NCBI RefSeq assembly: GCF_000011325.1
Contig: NC_003450.3
Location: 1,740,001 to 1,772,000, forward strand
Direction: 5' to 3'
Length of the DNA: 32,000 nt
Source: Corynebacterium glutamicum ATCC 13032
GTDB lineage: Bacteria; Actinomycetota; Actinomycetes; Mycobacteriales; Mycobacteriaceae
The notes under the pieces are model-generated. The model was not told the origin of the DNA. It made no database searches and was given only the letters and a program-made list of their open reading frames with translations. The position numbers and the translations under genes are program-made. Below are positions 1 to 6,233 of the stretch, piece after piece. Position 1 is the stretch's first letter; every line of letters begins with the position of its first letter.

Positions 1-569
1 CCGACGCCATCGCTGAGCGTAGTGGCACCTTCGGCGGCTTGGTTCATGCCGTCGCCCAAGGTGGAGAAACCGACGAGCATGTTATCCACAATGCGGACGC
101 CGAATTCCGTGTCCATGGTCTCCACAACAGTGTTGACCACCTGGTTGCCCAGCATGGAGGCAATGAAGCCGTTGCTGTTGTTGAATACCGCGTTGACGGT
201 TGCTGGCGCGGGTGAATCGCTGGTCACGCTGGCAATAGAATCGCTGAAGTTCTTCGGAATTTCAATGCCGAAGTAGTAGGTGCCGTCGTTGATTCCCTCG
301 CGGGCTTCCTCGGCGCTGACTTCAATGAATTTGATGTCGTCTTGCTCCAGGAGGTTCTCCACCACCTGGGCGCCGGCATCGAGTTCACCTTCGTCCTGAT
401 TGACCACGGCCACGGGAAGCTTGGACAAGCCACCGATGGGGTCATAGTAGGCAGAAACAAAGACGCCGCCGAAAAGCAACGGCAGCAACATGACCACAAC
501 AAACCCCAATGGTGGGAGTTTTCCGCGGCCAAATCGTTTCAGTTCTGAGCCAAAGTGTAAAAATGCCAT
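1..569 (-). CDS. YhgE/Pip-domain membrane protein (ABC-2 permease-like), N-terminal part; the C-terminus lies beyond the window start
   Basis: Absent from the supplied ORF track because it has no in-window stop. My hand translation of the minus strand from ATG 569..567 stays open to position 1. It reads MAFLHFGSELKRFGRGKLPPLGFVVVMLLPLLFGGVFVSAYYDPIGGLSKLPVAVVNQDEGELDAGAQVVENLLEQDDIKFIEVSAEEAREGINDGTYYFGIEIPKNFSDSIAS... It has an N-terminal TM helix, then the 'lPVAVVNqD' and 'GxYYfgIeIPknFS' blocks typical of the YhgE/Pip N-terminal domain. The ATG overlaps the upstream stop (TAATG). Confidence 0.8.
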   Translation of the reverse strand, partial: MAFLHFGSELKRFGRGKLPPLGFVVVMLLPLLFGGVFVSAYYDPIGGLSKLPVAVVNQDEGELDAGAQVVENLLEQDDIKFIEVSAEEAREGINDGTYYFGIEIPKNFSDSIASVTSDSPAPATVNAVFNNSNGFIASMLGNQVVNTVVETMDTEFGVRIVDNMLVGFSTLGDGMNQAAEGATTLSDGV

Positions 570-1219
570 TAGTTTCCAGCCCCCGTAATGGTCAAAGCGG
601 TATCGGCCAAGGAATCAAAATCTGGGTTGGTGGATACCACGACCACAGGGAGATCCTCTGCAACGCCTTTCAATGCGTGCAACACCTCCGCACGCAATTC
701 CATGCTGCGCACTTGATCGGGATCATCCACGACCAACAGTTGCGCCTCTGGCCGCGCCAGCAGCGCCAGCGCGATGCGCAGCTTAAAACGCTCGAGCACG
801 CTGAGGTCGCCGATTAAGGTTTTAGGGTTCAGGTTCAGGCCAAGATGCTTTTCGACGTCAACCCACCGTCCCGAATCACTAATATCCCTGGGCACCATCA
901 GGTACCAAGGGCTTGACCAAGCGAGTTGTTCACGGACAACGGTGCGCACAGTGACAAGTCGCTCGAGTGAATCGATTTCAGGGATGCCCGCCAAAGCCAC
1001 ATGCTTGGCCAGCTTGGTTGCCTTGATGGGTTCGCCGTTTAATTCGATGGTTCCGGTGGAGGCGCGCATGCGGCCGGAAAGTACCAAAGAAAAGGAACTG
1101 GATTGGGATTCGCGCCCGGTGCTCAGCAAAGTGAGTCCGCTGTCTGGAGCTATCTCAACATCGGCGAAGGGTGTGTCGCGGATGGAGAGCCCAGAGCTTC
1201 TCAAAAGAGGGGTATTCAT
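569..1219 (-). CDS. ABC-transporter ATP-binding-like protein with degenerate catalytic motifs (probable pseudo-ATPase)
   Basis: 216-aa ORF with ABC-ATPase length and layout. Walker A region reads STGRESQSS, signature LSVLERF, Walker B LLVVDDPD, H-loop position VVVSTNPD. Its stop overlaps the start of the downstream YhgE/Pip gene. Confidence 0.8.
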   Translation of the reverse strand: MNTPLLRSSGLSIRDTPFADVEIAPDSGLTLLSTGRESQSSSFSLVLSGRMRASTGTIELNGEPIKATKLAKHVALAGIPEIDSLERLVTVRTVVREQLAWSSPWYLMVPRDISDSGRWVDVEKHLGLNLNPKTLIGDLSVLERFKLRIALALLARPEAQLLVVDDPDQVRSMELRAEVLHALKGVAEDLPVVVVSTNPDFDSLADTALTITGAGN

Positions 1220-1312
1220 GTATCTTCTTCCGTAAGTGGAGGAAACACTATCAGTTATCGTAGGCTATTTTAGGACCACCACCACCCCCGCTGTCAACTA
1301 GAGGACAACAAC

Positions 1313-1909
1313 ATGAGAGCAGACGCACTAAAACGCCGCGAACACATCATAACCACAACCTGCAATCTCTACCGCACACACCATCACGATTCGCTCACCA
1401 TGGAAAACATTGCAGAACAGGCAGGAGTGGGTGTTGCAACTTTATACCGAAACTTCCCCGATCGCTTCACACTGGACATGGCATGCGCCCAATACCTTTT
1501 CAACGTGGTGATCTCCCTCCAACTCCAAGCCATCAGCACCTTCCCCACCGACCCAGAAGGCGTGTGGACCTCCTTCAACCAACTACTTTTCGACCGCGGC
1601 CTAGGCTCCCTCGTCCCAGCACTTGCCCCAGAATCCTTAGACGACCTCCCCGACGAGGTCTCCGCCCTGCGTCGCACCACAGAGAAAAACACCACAACAC
1701 TCATCAACCTAGCCAAGCAGCACGGACTCGTACACCACGACATCGCGCCGGGCACCTACATCGTCGGTTTGATCACCATTTCCCGCCCACCTATCACCGC
1801 GCTGGCGACAATTTCAGAAAACTCCCACAAAGCACTGCTTGGCCTTTATTTGTCCGGTCTTAAACACGGCATGATGGCTAACATCGGAGAACATGACGGA
1901 AAGTCCTGA
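1313..1909 (+). CDS. TetR/AcrR family transcriptional regulator
   Basis: 198 aa. The N-terminal HTH 'LTMENIAEQAGVGVATLYRNFPDRFTL' is a classic TetR_N signature. GAGGA lies 7 nt upstream of the ATG. It is divergent from the ABC-like/YhgE pair across a 93-bp gap. Confidence 0.9.
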   Translation: MRADALKRREHIITTTCNLYRTHHHDSLTMENIAEQAGVGVATLYRNFPDRFTLDMACAQYLFNVVISLQLQAISTFPTDPEGVWTSFNQLLFDRGLGSLVPALAPESLDDLPDEVSALRRTTEKNTTTLINLAKQHGLVHHDIAPGTYIVGLITISRPPITALATISENSHKALLGLYLSGLKHGMMANIGEHDGKS

Positions 1910-2609
1910 TCTAGCAGTTTCCTTTTTAGCCGCCTTCAATGACATCGAAGCGCACCTTCGAACCCAGCTCCGCGCTAAACGCTCCGACAGTTTCAGATGG
2001 ATGGTACGTATCGCCGAGAAACAGCATCTGATTTCCAAAGAACAAGCAGAAACCCTTGATGCTTTTGCGGAGCTGCGCAACGCAATTAGCCACGGCCAAT
2101 ACAACGATCTACGCCCGATTGCCGATCCCCGCCCCGACACCGTGGACACCATTGAGAAGATTCGCTCCCTCCTTCTCAATCCTCCAATTGCGTTAAACGT
2201 CCTCCCGGAGCAAAAGGTCCGCTCCTACTCACTTGAAGATCCAGTGAGTAGGGCCTTAGAAGTTGTGCACACCACGGAGATCTCCCAATTCCCCATATAT
2301 AAGGGAACGGAATACGTGGCACTGCTAACTACCAACACAATCGCTCGCTGGGTTGCCTCCGATTTACATGACAATGCCCAGCTGGATGCACGTTCTATCA
2401 AAGAGGTTCTGGATTATGCAGAATCCTCTGACACTGCAGTTTTCTTGCCCCGCACCTCAACTGCTCAAGAAATTATCGACATCATGACCGGCCCTAAACT
2501 CCCCTGGTCCGTCATCCTGACCGAGCACGGTAAACCCCACCAAAAGCCCCTGCGTGTTGTCACTGGTCGAGACATGCGAACACTGATGGACATGCTCAAA
2601 ATCTATTAG
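1893..2609 (+). CDS. HEPN-like (Rx4H; DUF4145/Swt1-like) N-terminal domain fused to a tandem CBS (Bateman) module; function unknown
   Basis: 238-aa ORF. The 'AELRNAISHG' motif has R62..H67 at nt 2076-2093. Two CBS-like repeats occupy residues ~105-238. The ATG overlaps the TetR 3' end by 17 nt. Confidence 0.7.
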   Translation: MTESPDLAVSFLAAFNDIEAHLRTQLRAKRSDSFRWMVRIAEKQHLISKEQAETLDAFAELRNAISHGQYNDLRPIADPRPDTVDTIEKIRSLLLNPPIALNVLPEQKVRSYSLEDPVSRALEVVHTTEISQFPIYKGTEYVALLTTNTIARWVASDLHDNAQLDARSIKEVLDYAESSDTAVFLPRTSTAQEIIDIMTGPKLPWSVILTEHGKPHQKPLRVVTGRDMRTLMDMLKIY

Positions 2610-2631
2610 TCATACCTATTTAGAATTTTTG

Positions 2632-2660
2632 TTGACGCATCCATTAAAAACTGCTAGTTT
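2632..2660 (+). promoter_or_regulatory. Candidate sigma-A promoter for the monooxygenase operon (TTGACG-N17-TAGTTT)
   Basis: -35 TTGACG at 2632-2637, a 17-nt spacer, and -10 TAGTTT (TAnnnT) at 2655-2660, 40 nt upstream of ATG 2701. Pattern match only. Confidence 0.3.
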
Positions 2661-2700
2661 GGTGACATATCAACAAACTTAGTTGGAAGGACACATTACC

Positions 2701-3816
2701 ATGCAATTCGGCATCTTCACCATTGGCGACGTCACCGTAGACCCCACCACCGGCAAAGCCCCCACCGAAGGCGAACGCATCCACGCGATGACCCAAATCG
2801 CACTCAAGGCTGAAGAAGTAGGCCTCGATGTCTTTGCCACCGGCGAGCACCACAACCCACCATTTGTACCCTCCTCCCCAACCACACACTTAGCCTATAT
2901 TGCAGCGAAAACCGAGAAGCTCCTGCTCTCTACCTCTACCACGCTGATCACCACCAACGACCCGGTAAAAATCGCCGAAGATTACACCTTCCTCCAGCAC
3001 CTCTCCGGCGGCCGTGTTGACCTTATGATGGGCCGTGGCAACACCGGACCCGTTTACCCATGGTTTGGCAAAGACATCCACCAAGGCATCCCACTAGCGA
3101 TTGAAAACTACCACCTCCTGCGCCGCCTCTGGCGCGAAGACGTAGTCAACTGGCAGGGCAAATTCCGCACACCGTTGCAGGGATACACCTCTACCCCAGC
3201 ACCATTAGACGGCGTTGCACCATTCGTCTGGCACGGCTCCATCCGCTCCACCGAAATCGCAGAGCAAGCAGCCTTCTATGGCGACGGCTTCTTCCACAAC
3301 AACATCTTCTGGAACAAAGAGCACACCGCCCAAATGGTCAACCTCTACCGCCAGCGTTTCGAACACTACGGACACGGCCAAGCAGACCAGGCCATCGTGG
3401 GACTCGGTGGCCAAGTCTTCATCGGCGATTCTGAAGAAGAAGCAAAGAAGACCTTCCGCCCCTACTTCGACAACGCCCCTGTCTACGGACACGGACCATC
3501 ACTTGAAGATTTCTCCCGCCTGACCCCACTAACCGTCGGTACCGCTGAGCAAGTTATCGAACGCACCATGGAATTCGCCGACTGGGTAGGCGATTACCAG
3601 CGCCAGCTCTTCCTCATCGACCACGCCGGCCTGCCACTAGAAATGGTCCTTGATCAGATCGAACGCCTCGGCCACGATGTCGTCCCAGAGGTACGCCGCC
3701 GCATGGAGGAGCGTCGCCCAGACCACGTTCCCTCCAACCCACCAACCCACCAGAGCCTGAAGGCCAACCGAAACAGCCCTCACTTCCAGATCAACCCTGG
3801 TCAGCCAACTGAGTAG
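2701..3816 (+). CDS. LLM-class (luciferase-like) FMN-dependent monooxygenase, CE1758-type
   Basis: The ORF track lists 2683..3816. I prefer ATG 2701 (MQFGIFTIGD...) with GGAAGGA 9 nt upstream. The sequence 'FGIF...EEVGLDVFATGEHHN...RVDLMMGRG' is typical of the bacterial luciferase-like family. An FMN reductase gene follows. Confidence 0.9.
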   Translation: MQFGIFTIGDVTVDPTTGKAPTEGERIHAMTQIALKAEEVGLDVFATGEHHNPPFVPSSPTTHLAYIAAKTEKLLLSTSTTLITTNDPVKIAEDYTFLQHLSGGRVDLMMGRGNTGPVYPWFGKDIHQGIPLAIENYHLLRRLWREDVVNWQGKFRTPLQGYTSTPAPLDGVAPFVWHGSIRSTEIAEQAAFYGDGFFHNNIFWNKEHTAQMVNLYRQRFEHYGHGQADQAIVGLGGQVFIGDSEEEAKKTFRPYFDNAPVYGHGPSLEDFSRLTPLTVGTAEQVIERTMEFADWVGDYQRQLFLIDHAGLPLEMVLDQIERLGHDVVPEVRRRMEERRPDHVPSNPPTHQSLKANRNSPHFQINPGQPTE

Positions 3817-3842
3817 TTTTTCTGAAACTAAGGAGACACATT

Positions 3843-4522
3843 ATGCGAAAGCTCACTGTTGTTACCGCAGGCCTTTCTAACCCGTCCACCACTCGCTCCG
3901 TGGCGGATCAACTCACCAAGGCAGTCCAAACCGCTGTTTCTGCTCGTGGCGAATCCTGGATATTGAAGTAATTGAAATCCGAGACCTGATCTTTGATCTC
4001 GCTACCTCATTCACAAGCGCCGGCATGAGCTCCCCAGCACTTGACGCTGCAAAACAGCGCCTTGCTGAATCCGATGGCCTGATCGCTGTTACCCCAGTAT
4101 TTACCGCGAGCTACTCCGGCATCTTCAAGATGTTCTTTGATGTCCTGGACCCCAAGACCATTGTGGGTCTGCCCACCATCATTGCGGCATCTGCTGGAAC
4201 GGCACGCCACTCATTGGTTCTCGACCACGCCATCCGACCACTGTTTACCTACTTGCGAGCAGTTGTCGTACCCACCGGCGTGTTCGCAGCCACGGAAGAT
4301 TTCGGCACTGAAGCTGGCGCAGACATTGAACGTCGCGTGAACCGCGCAGCTGGCGAATTAGCGACACTCATGTTGCAGGATTACTCCAGTGTGCAAGGCC
4401 TTGGGGGCGCAACCGCGAACCAAGACGCTGACCTTTCCTTCCGTCGCACCACTGGCGTGACCCCGGGAGAGAACTTCAGCAGCTTTGCCGATCTTCTCAA
4501 AGGACACGACGGAAACGGCTAA
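3843..4522 (+). pseudogene. NADPH-dependent FMN reductase (CE1759-type partner of the LLM monooxygenase), disrupted by a 1-nt frameshift near 3954-3958
   Basis: ATG 3843 gives MRKLTVVTAGLSNPSTTRSVADQLTKAVQTAVSARGESWILK* with the stop at 3969-3971. Reading from 3956 in the -1 frame gives LDIEVIEIRDLIFDLATSFTSAGMSSPALDAAKQRLAESDGLIAVTPVFTASYSGIFKMFFD..., which runs on into track ORF 4025..4522. The two pieces together make one flavodoxin-like FMN reductase. Confidence 0.75.
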
Positions 4523-4742
4523 ATTCGCGGATCTCCGTTTAAGGCATTGAAGCATTTGGAGGCCCCAAGACATGACCCAGACCCTGTAAAGCGCTTAAAC
4601 GGCGTTTTAGAGGGTCATAGTTTTGGGACAAGTGGGACAAGTGTGAATCCTGAAAGCTTCCAGGGCAAGGATCCACCACAAACCGGCCATCGCCCTTTGG
4701 AATCGGTCCGAAAATTGCAGGTACAGAGCCTTTTACCGAGAA

Positions 4743-4785
4743 AATCCACCACAGATTGCTGAAATTTCGTGATCTGTGGTGGATT
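4743..4785. repeat. Perfect 14-bp inverted repeat (AATCCACCACAGAT-N15-ATCTGTGGTGGATT) about 100 bp upstream of sdaA
   Basis: Read directly: left arm 4743-4756, right arm 4772-4785. A third copy of ATCCACCACA sits at 4671-4680. Confidence 0.85.
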
Positions 4786-4883
4786 CGTGCAACTTCAGAC
4801 TCTTACGGAGGCGATGGACCAAAAACAACTACAATCAAGCAGATCACCTTGTACACCACCATAGAAAAGGCCCACCCTCAGCC

Positions 4884-6233
4884 ATGGCTATCAGTGTTGT
4901 TGATCTATTTAGCATCGGTATCGGACCATCATCCTCACATACCGTCGGCCCCATGAGAGCCGCCCTCACGTATATCTCTGAATTTCCCAGCTCGCATGTC
5001 GATATCACGTTGCACGGATCCCTTGCCGCCACCGGTAAAGGCCACTGCACTGACCGGGCGGTATTACTGGGTCTGGTGGGATGGGAACCAACGATAGTTC
5101 CCATTGATGCTGCACCCTCACCCGGCGCGCCGATTCCTGCGAAAGGTTCTGTGAACGGGCCAAAGGGAACGGTGTCGTATTCCCTGACGTTTGATCCTCA
5201 TCCTCTTCCAGAACACCCCAATGCCGTTACCTTTAAAGGATCAACCACAAGGACTTATTTGTCGGTGGGTGGTGGGTTCATTATGACGTTGGAGGATTTC
5301 CGGAAGCTGGACGATATCGGATCAGGTGTGTCAACCATTCATCCAGAGGCAGAGGTGCCTTGTCCTTTTCAGAAGAGTTCCCAATTACTCGCATATGGTC
5401 GCGATTTTGCGGAGGTCATGAAGGATAATGAGCGCTTAATCCACGGGGATCTTGGCACAGTGGATGCCCATTTGGATCGAGTGTGGCAGATTATGCAGGA
5501 GTGCGTGGCACAAGGCATCGCAACGCCGGGGATTTTACCGGGTGGGTTGAATGTGCAACGTCGGGCGCCGCAGGTACACGCGCTGATTAGCAACGGGGAT
5601 ACGTGTGAGCTGGGTGCTGATCTTGATGCTGTGGAGTGGGTGAATCTGTACGCCTTGGCGGTGAATGAAGAAAACGCCGCTGGTGGTCGTGTGGTTACTG
5701 CTCCGACTAATGGTGCTGCGGGGATTATTCCGGCGGTGATGCACTATGCGCGGGATTTTTTGACAGGTTTTGGGGCGGAGCAGGCGCGGACGTTTTTGTA
5801 TACCGCGGGTGCGGTGGGCATCATCATTAAGGAAAATGCCTCGATCTCTGGCGCGGAGGTGGGGTGTCAGGGTGAGGTTGGTTCAGCGTCCGCGATGGCG
5901 GCTGCCGGGTTGTGTGCAGTCTTAGGTGGTTCTCCGCAACAGGTGGAAAACGCCGCGGAGATTGCGTTGGAGCACAATTTGGGATTGACGTGCGATCCGG
6001 TGGGCGGGTTAGTGCAGATTCCGTGTATTGAACGCAACGCTATTGCTGCCATGAAGTCCATCAATGCGGCAAGGCTTGCCCGGATTGGTGATGGCAACAA
6101 TCGCGTGAGTTTGGATGATGTGGTGGTCACGATGGCTGCCACCGGCCGGGACATGCTGACCAAATATAAGGAAACGTCCCTTGGTGGTTTGGCAACCACC
6201 TTGGGCTTCCCGGTGTCGATGACGGAGTGTTAG
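4884..6233 (+). CDS. sdaA: L-serine ammonia-lyase (L-serine dehydratase), iron-sulfur type, single-chain
   Basis: MAISVVDLFSIGIGPSSSHTVGPMRAA... is the conserved SdaA N-terminus. The 'GAEVGCQGEVGSASAMAAA' and 'CDPVGGLVQIPCIERNA' blocks are present. I chose ATG 4884 (GAAAAGG 14 nt upstream) rather than the track start at 4776. Confidence 0.93.
   Translation: MAISVVDLFSIGIGPSSSHTVGPMRAALTYISEFPSSHVDITLHGSLAATGKGHCTDRAVLLGLVGWEPTIVPIDAAPSPGAPIPAKGSVNGPKGTVSYSLTFDPHPLPEHPNAVTFKGSTTRTYLSVGGGFIMTLEDFRKLDDIGSGVSTIHPEAEVPCPFQKSSQLLAYGRDFAEVMKDNERLIHGDLGTVDAHLDRVWQIMQECVAQGIATPGILPGGLNVQRRAPQVHALISNGDTCELGADLDAVEWVNLYALAVNEENAAGGRVVTAPTNGAAGIIPAVMHYARDFLTGFGAEQARTFLYTAGAVGIIIKENASISGAEVGCQGEVGSASAMAAAGLCAVLGGSPQQVENAAEIALEHNLGLTCDPVGGLVQIPCIERNAIAAMKSINAARLARIGDGNNRVSLDDVVVTMAATGRDMLTKYKETSLGGLATTLGFPVSMTEC

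Noticed and set aside
1220-1312. Palindromic TetR operator in the divergent ABC-like/TetR intergenic region
   Set aside because: I found only short direct repeats (TATC..TATC, TAGG..TAGG) and no convincing dyad, so no site is called. Autoregulation remains likely on general grounds.
3940-3975. Programmed ribosomal frameshift in the FMN reductase gene
   Set aside because: There is no X XXY YYZ slippery heptamer and no obvious downstream pseudoknot at the shift site. A simple loss of one C from a C run explains it better.
4514-4616. Terminator downstream of the FMN reductase gene
   Set aside because: The candidate pairings (AAACGG/CCGTTT; CCGTTTAAG 4535-4543 with CTTAAACGG 4594-4602; GACCCT 4580-4585 with AGGGTC 4611-4616) are short, have long loops or are mutually incompatible. 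None is followed by a clean T tract.
4547-4956. ORFs 4547..4762 and 4756..4956, and the long form of sdaA starting at 4776
   Set aside because: The conserved SdaA N-terminus (MAISVVDLFSIGIGPSSSH) begins at ATG 4884 with an SD-like GAAAAGG upstream. The upstream extensions have no homology-like features.
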